From: Terriglobia bacterium
GTDB lineage: Bacteria > Acidobacteriota > Terriglobia > Bryobacterales > Bryobacteraceae
Assembly (NCBI GenBank): GCA_963719335.1
Contig: CAVRBR010000004.1
Coordinates: 8,524-72,523, forward strand
Reading direction: 5' to 3'
DNA: 64,000 nucleotides
In this document: positions 51,107 to 60,295 of the stretch, one piece after another
How the letters are laid out: each line of letters begins with the position of its first letter
Numbering within the stretch: the stretch's first letter is position 1
Program-made: the position numbers and the translations under genes
Notes under the pieces: generated by a model
Told to the model about the DNA's origin: nothing
The model's input: the letters and a program-made list of their open reading frames with translations, nothing else
The model's database searches: none

Positions 51107-53606
51107 TCACTCATATCGCAGCGCCCGCACAGGATCGACACGCGTCGCCCGCAGCGCGGGAAAATAGCCGGACACGGCGGCAATGACGACGATTCCAATC
51201 AGTGCAGCCCCAATTGTCGCGGGATCGTGCGCCGACATCCCGAACAATTGACTTTGCAACAGCCGTGTGACCGCGAGCGCGGCAGGCAGGCCAATCGCGA
51301 TCCCAAGGCCCGTCAGACCCATCACCTCCCGCATCACGATCCAGATCACATCGCCCTGCACCGCTCCGAGCGCCAAACGAATGCCGATTTCACGCGTGCG
51401 GCGCGTCACCAGAAACGCCATCACCCCATACAGCCCGACCGAGGCGAGAACGGTCGCAAGCAGACCAAAAGCGCCCGCCAGACTCGCGCTCAGGCGTTCC
51501 ATCGCCAGCGAATCGTCCACCTGGTGTTCTTCGGTCTTCATCTGGAAAACCGGCAGATTGGCGTCCAGCTTCTGAACCGCCGCGCGAAGCGCCGGAAACA
51601 TCTGCGCGGGACCCGCCTCCGTGCGAACGTAAGCGGTCATTTCCGTGGCCCAAATGTTCTGCAGATAGGGGAAAAAGATTTGGCGCGGCGCCGGATCCCG
51701 CATCATCTGGTACTTGGTGTCGCGCACCACGCCCACGATCTCCACGTCGGTCTTCGTTCCGGGGTCGTTGCCCAGGCCGATGTGCCGCCCGATCGGAGTC
51801 CCATCGCCAAAGTAGTGCCGCGCGAACTTTTCGTTCACGATCGCAACCTTCGGAGCGGCGAGACGATCGCGCTCGGTGAAATCGCGCCCGGCATACATCG
51901 CGATCTTGAGCGTTTCAAAGAACCCGGGCGAAACATAATTCACCCACGGACTCATGTTCTCGCCCGGTTTAGCGTTATATCCTTCTACCGTCACGTTGCT
52001 GTCCCATTCGTCGAAGTTCAGCGGCGCCACCACCGCCAGCCCGGCCGATTGCGCACCCGGAACCGCCTTCAAACGAGCGCTCAGTTCCCGATAGAAGCGT
52101 TTCGACTGCTCGGCAGTGTACCCGCTCAAGGTCGGATCGATGTGGAACGAAAGCAGATTGCCCACCTCGAATCCTGGATTCAGATTCTTCAGATTTCTCA
52201 AGGTACCGACGAACAAGCCCGAAGCGATCAACAGCAGCAGGGAGAGACTCACTTGCGCGCAGACCAGCAGTTTGCGCCACATCACCTGCCCGCCCCCGGC
52301 TACCGCATTGGCCCTGCTCTTTCAAAGTCGGCGCCAGGTCCGGCCGAGTCGCCTGCAGTGCCGGAATCAATCCGAACGCAAACGCGGTGAGCAGAGAAAT
52401 CACCAGATTGAAGCACAAAACGCGCAGATCGGGATCGACCGCCAATTTCACCGGCGGCTCGATATGCGGCATGATGCCGGCCAGCAACCGCATAGTGATC
52501 GAGGAGATCCCCAGGCCGAACAATCCGCCCAGCAAACCGAGCAATGCGCTCTCGAGCAGCAACTGACCCGCTATACGCCCGCGGCTTGCTCCGAGCGCCA
52601 GACGCACAGCGATTTCCTTCTGCCGCGACGTGGCGCGCGCCAGAATGAGATTCGCCACATTCGCACACGCAATCAGCAGAACCAATCCGACCATCGCCAT
52701 CATGGCCCAGAGCGGCGCTTCCATGTAATGGCGCACGATGAAATTCTCGCCGCCTCCTCCGGGCATCACATCCAGGCTCATCTTCAAGAATTGTTGGCGC
52801 GTGTATGGCGAGGCGTGCGCGAACTCCGCCTGCCGCGCTTCCATTTCCAGAATGCGGTGAAAAATCGGCTGCAACGACACTTTCGCTTGCGACATGCTGA
52901 CGCCAGGTTTCAGCCGTGCAAATATCTGCACCCAGCGCCGCCGCCGGTTTTCGAACGGCTTCGATTCTCCTGTAAGCTCCTGCGCCATCATCATCGGCAC
53001 GAAGATATGAGTGGAAAATAACGGCTCAACGCCTTCGAAGCCCCTTTGCGCCACGCCCACAATCGTGAGCCGGTGATTATTCACCAGGATCTGTCTGCCC
53101 ACCACCGAGGGATCTCCCGCAAAGCGTGCCTGCCAATATCCGTACCCGAGCACGGCCAGCGGCGCGTCGCCTCGACTCCGGTCGTCACTCGAAGTAAACA
53201 GCCGCCCTACCGCCGGGCGAACGCCCAGCACGTCGAAGTAAGTCCCGGAAACAATCTCTCCCGCCGCGCGCTCGTTCCGCCCTTCAAAGCTGGTGCTGAA
53301 CGATAAGGTATGACGGCAAAGCATGCCGCTGAAAACCTTGTTCTGCTCGACGAAATCCCGATACATCGGGTACGATAGCGAATTCATCCCGGTGTTCGAG
53401 CCATAATGCTCGCCCACCTCCTTCAGCTGCACCAGTTGGCTCGGGTCGCGCACCGGCAGCATTCGCAGCAGCACCTGATCGAGCAGCGTGAACACGGCCG
53501 TGTTCGCGCCTATACCCAAAGCAAGCGAAAGCACCGCCACCGACACGAATACAGGCGACTTTCTGAGCGATCGCACCACGTAGCGTAACTCACCGGGAAA
53601 CCGCAT
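51107..53606 (-). pseudogene. ADOP-family duplicated FtsX/MacB-like ABC permease (one frameshift near 52290)
   Basis: 51975..53606 is the first FtsX half, with the typical ADOP N-terminus ([42 protein letters not shown]). 51107..52285 is the second half, ending RATRVDPVRALRYE. The junction needs a frame change after LKEQG. Confidence 0.85.
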
Positions 53607-53674
53607 CGCACTCGGCTATACGCCGCGCCGCGTGCTTTTGTTCAACGATTATCCCGATGCCTGTTCCGTGTAGC

Positions 53675-53723
53675 GGCGAGGCGCTGCCTCGCCGCAGCGT
53701 GTAGGCGCGAGGCGCTGCCTCGC
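53675..53723 (-). repeat. Two copies of a GC-rich hairpin (GGCGAGGC-agc-GCCTCGCC) just downstream of NHL paralogue 1
   Basis: Copies lie at 53675..53693 and 53707..53723. A third copy lies at 56603..56623, downstream of paralogue 2. Stems are 7-9 bp with 3-nt loops and no U-tract. Confidence 0.7.
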
Positions 53724-53731
53724 CCAACGCC

Positions 53732-56551
53732 TTAGGGTGCGAAATACCCGAACACGTCCAAAATCAAGTGAGTCGTATTCGACGCATACACCGCGATGGA
53801 CCCATTGATCGTTGGAATCAGACTTAGGTTCGACGTGACCGCGCCGTCCTCGGCATTCAAAGTAGCCGCCAGCGGCTGCGCCAGACCCTGCGCCCACGTC
53901 GTGACGTATCCTAATGCACCCGAGGGCACTACCGTCGCATTCACTACATAGGCCTGGGCGGAAGCGGGGATGTTGCCCGTCCCGCACGAAACCCCTTCGA
54001 CGGCAGCCGTAAGTACTCCGGAGAAGATACCCGAAGATCCCCGCGTATCCAGCACCCGGCAGGGCGTCACCGTGTATAAGGACAGCCCGTTAGCTCCTCC
54101 CGCCGCGAAATAACCGTTGATGTCAATGACCAGATTCGTCGCATCGCTCGCGTAGACGGAGATCTGATTGAAGCTGCCCGCAGCTACGATCGCCGCATTA
54201 GAGGTCACCGTTCCGGTCGGGGCGTTCAAAACCGCGCTGACCGGTTGTGCTTGCCCCGCCGGCCACGCTGTCAAATAGCCCAGCGGCCCCGCCGGTACCG
54301 CTGCGAAATTGAACGAATACGCTGCCACGGTGCTTGGAATACTAGCCGCACACGAGCTCGAAAGAACCGGGAATGCGCGGCTCTCCCCGGCTGCCAGCGC
54401 CGGCCCGCCCAAGGCGCTTATCGCGCCGCGTGTATCGGCCACCCGGCACGGCGTTATGGGATAGAAAGCCAGGCCGGAACTGTAGTTCGGCGCTGTCGAC
54501 GGCACGAAGTACCCATCGATATCCACCACCAGATCGGTATCCTCCGTGCCGTAAACACTGATTCCACCACCGCCCGTCGCCGGAATGATCGCCGCCGCCG
54601 ACTTCACCCGCCCGTCGTAGGAATTGAGCGTGGCAACCCCGGGCCGCGCCGCTCCGCTGGGCCATATGGTCAGATAACTGAGCGACCCATGCGGAACCAC
54701 TGCCACGTTGAATGAAAACGCCAACGCGGTATTCGGCACCGTGCAGTTCGGAGCGTTTGGGATTACGTAAGTACGCGCAACCCCCGCCGTCAGGAAAGAC
54801 CCGCTGTATCCATCCGCATCGCGCGTGTCGATTACCCGGCACGGCGTCATCGGAATGAACCGCAGCCCGGATGACTCGTATAACGAAAGCGCACTCTGCA
54901 CAGCTGGCTGGTAAGCGGAATTATAGATGATTGATACCGTTCCTGGGATAACAGTTCCCGTTGGAGCAAAGACTATAGCAATCGTGCAGCTAGCTCCTTG
55001 AGCAAGAAAAGTCGATTGCGAACACTCGCCGATGCTTGTCGTCTGCGAAAAGAACCCCGTGAAGGCGAGCGCAGTAAAGGTAAGGCTTGCGTCTCCAGTG
55101 TTCGACACCGTCATTGTGATCGGCGCGCTCGTATTTCCATTGAGGGTCGTCGGGAACGTCAGAGGCGCTCCGCCGGCCGCCACCTCGCGGACCGCATAGT
55201 TGAAGTAATCGAGGATGTACAGGTCACCCGCGCCGTCCAGAGCTACCGAAGACGGGTTCGCTAGAGCCGCGCTGGTGGCCACGCCGCCGTCCCCCGTGTA
55301 TCCCGTTGCGTGCGTGCCCGCGATCGTAGTTATGGTCTGGGTCACATCGGCCGTGACCTTCCGGATCACTTCGTTTAATTTGTCTGCGATATACAGGCTC
55401 CCCCCTGCATCGACCGCTACGCTCCAGGGCTGATTCAATCGAGCGACCGTCGCGGGTCCGTTATCTCCCGAGTACCCGGCGCCGCCCAGCGTCCCGGCCA
55501 CCGTTGTAATAGTGCCGCCGCTTACCTTCCGTATGGCGCTGTTGTTAGCGTCCGCAATGAACACGTTACTGCCGCTCCCATCGAGCGCGATTCCAACCGG
55601 CTGGTTCAGTTGCGCGCCGGTCGCCGGGCCGCCGTTGCCTGACGACCCGGCAGTTCCGCTCGGGCTACCCGCGAAATTCGCAATTTGGCTTGCTGCCGTA
55701 ATCTGTCCGTTGATCGCTGTCACTTTCCGAATGCGGTTGTTCCCCGTATCCGAGATGTACAAGTTTCCCAGTGCATCGACCGCGAGTCCGGCGGGCGCGT
55801 GCAACTCGGCCGCGTTCGCATTCCCCCCGTCGCCTCCATTGCCTGCCACTCCGGTTCCCGCAACGGTGGTAATAACGTTGATAAACGCATTCACCTCCCG
55901 CACGACATTGTTCCCGGTGTCGGCAATAAAGAGATCACCCAGCGCGTCGCGAGCGAGCGCGGTGGGCGTGTTCAGCGCGGCACTCGTAGCTGCGCCTCCA
56001 TCGCCCGAATACCCGGCCGTACCGTTTCCAGCGAACGTCGCAACTATTCCTTTCGCGATGTTTACCGAATAAACCATGTTGCCCGTGCTGTCCGACACAA
56101 TGACAAAGCCGGGTGCCACCGCCATTCCGCTCAGAACCGCCGAGGACAACGCAGACGTGGCTCGGTTGGCTACGGTCGAGATCAGCCCAGGCGAGAAATC
56201 AATCTGCGGGCCCGTCCCGATTCCATGAAGGAAGGCTACTCCCAAAAACCCCGACTGATTCGAGGCGGTGATGGCGCCCTGCCGCAGTCCCGGGTACTGA
56301 GGCTGAAAAGTCGTCTCGATCGAGCACGTCCCGCCGGAACAACTCGCCGGCGCTATCGAGAAATCCGTTCCAGTGTAGATTGCAAAACTCGTCCCCGCCG
56401 CCATTCCCGTGAATGTGATCGTCTGGGCTGAACTGCTTCCGATATTCACCGAACCGAAATTCGTAGGGGGCAGCGCCTGCTGCGCCCGTACCACGTGTGG
56501 AACCGCAAAGACGATTGCGGCCACAGCCCACGGCAAATGAAACTTGGCCAA
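53732..56551 (-). CDS. Secreted NHL-repeat beta-propeller protein with three C-terminal PCRxxDTR...GYF modules (paralogue 1)
   Basis: 939 aa. The parts are a signal peptide (AIVFAVPHVVRAQQ), an Ig-like domain, and 5-6 NHL-type repeats (GDGGAATSAALNTPTALARDALGDLFIADTGNNVVREV and similar). These are followed by a second Ig-like domain and 3 copies of a ~120-aa module. The only available start is a TTG inside a hairpin. Confidence 0.85.
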   Translation of the reverse strand: MAKFHLPWAVAAIVFAVPHVVRAQQALPPTNFGSVNIGSSSAQTITFTGMAAGTSFAIYTGTDFSIAPASCSGGTCSIETTFQPQYPGLRQGAITASNQSGFLGVAFLHGIGTGPQIDFSPGLISTVANRATSALSSAVLSGMAVAPGFVIVSDSTGNMVYSVNIAKGIVATFAGNGTAGYSGDGGAATSAALNTPTALARDALGDLFIADTGNNVVREVNAFINVITTVAGTGVAGNGGDGGNANAAELHAPAGLAVDALGNLYISDTGNNRIRKVTAINGQITAASQIANFAGSPSGTAGSSGNGGPATGAQLNQPVGIALDGSGSNVFIADANNSAIRKVSGGTITTVAGTLGGAGYSGDNGPATVARLNQPWSVAVDAGGSLYIADKLNEVIRKVTADVTQTITTIAGTHATGYTGDGGVATSAALANPSSVALDGAGDLYILDYFNYAVREVAAGGAPLTFPTTLNGNTSAPITMTVSNTGDASLTFTALAFTGFFSQTTSIGECSQSTFLAQGASCTIAIVFAPTGTVIPGTVSIIYNSAYQPAVQSALSLYESSGLRFIPMTPCRVIDTRDADGYSGSFLTAGVARTYVIPNAPNCTVPNTALAFSFNVAVVPHGSLSYLTIWPSGAARPGVATLNSYDGRVKSAAAIIPATGGGGISVYGTEDTDLVVDIDGYFVPSTAPNYSSGLAFYPITPCRVADTRGAISALGGPALAAGESRAFPVLSSSCAASIPSTVAAYSFNFAAVPAGPLGYLTAWPAGQAQPVSAVLNAPTGTVTSNAAIVAAGSFNQISVYASDATNLVIDINGYFAAGGANGLSLYTVTPCRVLDTRGSSGIFSGVLTAAVEGVSCGTGNIPASAQAYVVNATVVPSGALGYVTTWAQGLAQPLAATLNAEDGAVTSNLSLIPTINGSIAVYASNTTHLILDVFGYFAP

Positions 56552-56587
56552 GCGTACATTAAGTACGCTTGGCCAAGAGATTTTCTC
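56543..56587 (-). repeat. Palindromic element copy A (15-bp arms) plus shared tail
   Basis: CTTGGCCAAGCGTAC-attaa-GTACGCTTGGCCAAG followed by AGATTTTCTC, nearly identical to the copy at 59606..59649. It lies between the two NHL genes and overlaps the paralogue-1 start codon. Confidence 0.85.
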
Positions 56588-56602
56588 TACCGTCAGTGCA
56601 AG

Positions 56603-56623
56603 GGGCGAGGCACTGCCTCGCCC
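56603..56623 (-). repeat. GC-rich hairpin copy 3 (GGGCGAGGC-act-GCCTCGCCC)
   Basis: 9-bp stem, 6 nt after the paralogue-2 stop. Same family as 53675..53723. Confidence 0.7.
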
Positions 56624-56629
56624 GGCTTC

Positions 56630-59452
56630 TTACGGTGCGAAATACCCGAACACGTCCAAAATAATATTGGTCGGATTCGAAGCAAACACCGCAATGGACC
56701 CGTTGATCGTTGGAATTAGACTCAGGTTCGACGTGACCGCTCCGTCGTCGGCATTCAGAGTAGCTGCCAGCGGCTGCGCCAGACCCTGCGCCCAAGTCGT
56801 GATATACGACAGCGCACCCGAGGGCACCACCGTCGCATTCACTACATAGGCCTGGGCGGAAGCGGGGATGTTGCCCGTCCCGCACGTAACGCCCTCTACG
56901 GGAGCCGTAAGGACTCCGGAGAAAACGCCCGAAGTGACCCGGGTATCGAGCGCGCGGCAGGGCGTCACGGTATATAAGGACAACCCGTTAGCTCCCACCG
57001 GCGCGAAATAGCCGTTGATGTCGATGACCAGATCCGTGGCATTGCTCGCGAACACCGAAACTTGGCCGCTCGTGCCTGCCGGTACGATCGCCGCATTCGA
57101 CGTCACCGTTCCGGTCGGGGCGTTCAAAACCGCGCTGACCGGTTCTGCTTGCCCCGTCGGCCATGCCGTCAAATAGCCCAGCGGCCCCGAAGGCACCGCT
57201 GCCAAATTGAACGAATACGCCGCCACGTTGGCTGGAATATTAGCGGCGCAGGAACTGGAAAGAACCGGGAAAGAGCGGGTCGATCCGGTACCCAGAGCCG
57301 GCCCGCCCAGCGCTCCGGTCCCGACGCGTGTATCGGCCACTCGGCATGGCGTTAGGGGATAGAAGGCCAGTCCCGAACTGTAGTTCGACGCTGTCGATGG
57401 CACGAAGTACCCGTCGATATCCATCACCAGGTCGGTGTTCCCAGTGGCGAAAACACTGATTCCGCCGCTGCTGTCCGACGGAATAATGGCCGCCGCCGAC
57501 TTCACCCGCCCGTCATAGGAATTGAGCGAAGCCACCCCAGGCTGCGCGACGCCGCGAGGCCATATCGTCAGGTAACTGAGCGGGCCATGCGGAACCACCG
57601 CCACGTTGAACGAAAACGCCAGCGCGGTATTGGGTACCGTGCAATTCGGAGTGTTCGGGATGATGTAGTCGCGCGGCACTCCTGCGGTCAGTGCGGACCC
57701 GCTGTACCCGTCCGAAACGCGCGTATCGATTACCCGGCACGGCGTCATTTGAATGAAGCGCAGCCCTGATGCCTCGTATAAAGAAAGCGCGCTTTGCACG
57801 CCCGACTGGTTCAAGGAATTATCGGTGATCGACACCGTTCCCGGCGTAACCGTTCCCGTTGGTGCAAACTGTATGGCAATCGTACAACTGGCCCCTTGAG
57901 CAAGCACAGTAGACGACGAACACTGGCCGGTGCTGCCCGTCTGCGAAAAGAACCCGGTGAAGGCGAGGCCAGTGAAGGTAAGATTTGCGTCTCCGGTGTT
58001 GGAAACCGTCAGGGTCATCGCCGCGCTGGTGTTCCCATTGAGGGTCGCGGGGAAAGTAAGAGGCGCCCCGCTGGCCGCAACCTCGCGAACCGCAGCGTTT
58101 GGACCATCTAAGATGAAGACATTCCCGGGGCCATCCACAACCGCCGAAAGCGCCCCCGCTAACGTCGCGCTCGTCGCTATACCTCCGTCGCCGGCGTAAC
58201 CCGATACCCCGTGCGTGCCTGCGATCGTGCTTATGGTGTGGTTTGAATCGCCCGTCACCTTCCGCACCACCAGATTCAATCGATCTGCGATATAAATGTT
58301 CCCGGCTGCGTCAACTGCTACGCCCCAGGGCTCGTTCAGTTGCGCGCTCGTGGCCACTGCGCCATCTCCTGAGAACCCGGCGCTGCCGGTCGTCCCGGCC
58401 ACCCTCGAGATAGTGCCGCCGCTTACCTTGCGTATGACCTCATTGACCGAATCGGCAATGAACAGATTGCCGCTCGAATCCAGACCGATTCCAACCGGCT
58501 GGTTCAATTGTGCGCTGGTAGCCGCGCCGCCATCGCCTGAACTTCCGGCAGTCCCTGCGGAGCTGCCCGCGAAATTCGCAATCTGGCTCGCGCTGGTAAT
58601 TTGTCCGTTGATCGCCGTCACTTTGCGGATCCGGTTGTTTCCCATATCGGAAATGTACAGGTTCCCTTGCGCATCGACCGCAATCCCATTCGGGTCGTTC
58701 AACTGGGCCGCGTTCGCATTTCCCCCGTCGCCCGCGTTGCCGGCCGCTCCCGTTCCCGCGACCGTCGTAATGATATTCGAAAAGGCATTCACCTCGCGCA
58801 CCACGTTATTGCCGGAATCCGCGATAAACAGATCGCCCAGCGCATCCAGCGCCAGAGCCGATGGCCGCTGCAGCTTGGCGCTCGTCGCCGCGCCGCCGTC
58901 CCCGGAATATCCGGCTGTGCCGTTTCCGGCATACGCCGTAACCGTGCCGTTGGAAGTTTGGACCGAGTAGACTACATTGCCGCCGCCGTCCGACACGATC
59001 ACAAACCCGGGCGCCACTGCCATCCCGTCCGGCGTCGCGGCTGAGAGCGCGAATGTCGCTCTGTTGACCACCGTTGAGATCAACCCCGGCGAGATATTAA
59101 TCTGCGGGCCCGTCCCGATCCCATAAAGGAAGGCCACGCCCACCAGCCCGGACTGACTCGAAGCCGTAATTGCGCCCTGCCGCAACCCGGGATACTGAGG
59201 CTGAAAGGTGGCGACGATCGAGCACGTCCCTGCCGAACAATTAGCCGGTGCGATCGAGAAGTCCGTCCCGGTGTAGATCGCGAAACTAGCCGCAGCCGGC
59301 ATTCCCGTGAAAGTGACCGTTTGGGTTGAACTGCTTCCAATGTTCACGGAACCGAAATTCGTAGGGGCCAGATACTGCTGCGCCCGTACCACGTGTGGAA
59401 CCGCAAAGACGATTGCGGCCACAGCCCAGAGTGAACGAAACTGCTTCGACAT
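56630..59452 (-). CDS. Secreted NHL-repeat beta-propeller protein with three C-terminal PCRxxDTR...GYF modules (paralogue 2)
   Basis: 940 aa from the ATG at 59452 (MSKQFRSLWAVAAIVFAVPHVVRAQQ), preceded by GGAGG 6 nt upstream. The listed ORF start at 59527 is probably an over-extension. Collinear with paralogue 1 over its full length. Confidence 0.88.
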   Translation of the reverse strand: MSKQFRSLWAVAAIVFAVPHVVRAQQYLAPTNFGSVNIGSSSTQTVTFTGMPAAASFAIYTGTDFSIAPANCSAGTCSIVATFQPQYPGLRQGAITASSQSGLVGVAFLYGIGTGPQINISPGLISTVVNRATFALSAATPDGMAVAPGFVIVSDGGGNVVYSVQTSNGTVTAYAGNGTAGYSGDGGAATSAKLQRPSALALDALGDLFIADSGNNVVREVNAFSNIITTVAGTGAAGNAGDGGNANAAQLNDPNGIAVDAQGNLYISDMGNNRIRKVTAINGQITSASQIANFAGSSAGTAGSSGDGGAATSAQLNQPVGIGLDSSGNLFIADSVNEVIRKVSGGTISRVAGTTGSAGFSGDGAVATSAQLNEPWGVAVDAAGNIYIADRLNLVVRKVTGDSNHTISTIAGTHGVSGYAGDGGIATSATLAGALSAVVDGPGNVFILDGPNAAVREVAASGAPLTFPATLNGNTSAAMTLTVSNTGDANLTFTGLAFTGFFSQTGSTGQCSSSTVLAQGASCTIAIQFAPTGTVTPGTVSITDNSLNQSGVQSALSLYEASGLRFIQMTPCRVIDTRVSDGYSGSALTAGVPRDYIIPNTPNCTVPNTALAFSFNVAVVPHGPLSYLTIWPRGVAQPGVASLNSYDGRVKSAAAIIPSDSSGGISVFATGNTDLVMDIDGYFVPSTASNYSSGLAFYPLTPCRVADTRVGTGALGGPALGTGSTRSFPVLSSSCAANIPANVAAYSFNLAAVPSGPLGYLTAWPTGQAEPVSAVLNAPTGTVTSNAAIVPAGTSGQVSVFASNATDLVIDINGYFAPVGANGLSLYTVTPCRALDTRVTSGVFSGVLTAPVEGVTCGTGNIPASAQAYVVNATVVPSGALSYITTWAQGLAQPLAATLNADDGAVTSNLSLIPTINGSIAVFASNPTNIILDVFGYFAP

Positions 59453-59605
59453 GAAGATCCTCCGCGCTGAAATAAAATCTACCCTACAAGGTAGCAATGA
59501 TGCGTTTGATTGTGAAGGGGGTGACACAGATTATCGGATTACTCACTTCTACCGAAAGGTCGGCATTTCGCTTAGCGGTACATCGGAGCAGTGGGTAAAA
59601 CGCAA

Positions 59606-59649
59606 CTTGGCCAAGCGTACGTTAGTACGCTTGGCCAAGAGATTTTCTC
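59606..59649 (-). repeat. Palindromic element copy B (15-bp arms) plus shared tail; terminator-like after the PEP-CTERM gene
   Basis: CTTGGCCAAGCGTAC-gtta-GTACGCTTGGCCAAG followed by AGATTTTCTC. On the minus strand it lies ~20 nt after the PEP-CTERM gene stop and is followed by GTTGCGTTTTACC. Confidence 0.85.
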
Positions 59650-59671
59650 CGACTTCAGAGAAAGTAGATAA

Positions 59672-60295
59672 TTAAGCCTTCTTGCTCAGACGGCGGCGTC
59701 CGATGAACCCGACTCCGAGCAAGCCCGCGCCCATCAGCAGCATGGAAGCCGGTTCGGGAACTCCGGAAGAGGTAGGAACGTTGATCGAACCAACGTTTCC
59801 GGTCTCGTTACCAGGCGTTCCTGTGCTCTTGCCCGCCTGCCCGTCAAAGTAAACCAGCGACAAGGGGGTGGTCGTCGAAATCGTAAAATTGCCCAGCGTC
59901 ATCGGCCCAGTCTCTGACGACACCGTCGCGCCATTAAACATGTAGCGAAGGTTATAGCTGGAGGCGGAATCCGGCGCGTTCGTCAGATAAGCTTTGGTGT
60001 TCGTCAAACTGGACGAGAAGGTGAAGTCGGTAGCCAGAAGGCCCGTCATTCCCGTCGGTGTGACTGCACTCGAACTCAGGTCATAAATAGTCCCGAACTG
60101 CGAATACGAAAGACCCGTGTTGAGTTCCTCGCTGCCCGTCAGAAACACACTGAAAGTGTATGAGTTGTTGCTGCCACTTGTGGACTGACTAACCAGGTTG
60201 GTGATGATATCCGCTTTCGCGGTCTGCGTGGAAAGGGCCGTCACTGTGAAAACAGTCAAAGCCGTTCCGAGAATTGTAAGAAACCTTAACTTCAT
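59672..60295 (-). CDS. PEP-CTERM sorting-domain protein
   Basis: 207 aa from the ATG at 60295 (GGAGGAGAA upstream). It has a signal peptide (MKLRFLTILGTALTVFTVTALSTQTAKA), a Ser/Thr-rich body and the C-terminal VPEPASMLLMGAGLLGVGFIGRRRLSKKA (PEP motif, TM helix, basic tail). Confidence 0.85.
   Translation of the reverse strand: MKLRFLTILGTALTVFTVTALSTQTAKADIITNLVSQSTSGSNNSYTFSVFLTGSEELNTGLSYSQFGTIYDLSSSAVTPTGMTGLLATDFTFSSSLTNTKAYLTNAPDSASSYNLRYMFNGATVSSETGPMTLGNFTISTTTPLSLVYFDGQAGKSTGTPGNETGNVGSINVPTSSGVPEPASMLLMGAGLLGVGFIGRRRLSKKA

Noticed and set aside
53649-56885. Two paralogous ORFs starting MRDGQHPRFRPGLCSECDG (53649..53987 and 56559..56885).
   Set aside because: They are out-of-frame readings of the duplicated 3' ends of the NHL genes plus the downstream GC hairpins. 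Their similarity simply reflects the DNA duplication.
59453-59527. The N-terminal extension of NHL paralogue 2 (MSPPSQSNASLLPCRVDFISARRIF) from the listed start at 59527.
   Set aside because: The ATG at 59452 has a strong GGAGG SD, gives a standard signal peptide, and aligns with the N-terminus of paralogue 1.
53675-59649. Whether the repeated hairpins could be a CRISPR array.
   Set aside because: There are only 2-3 copies of each type. Spacing is irregular and set by whole 2.8-kb genes. The repeats are perfect palindromes at gene ends, and no cas genes are present.
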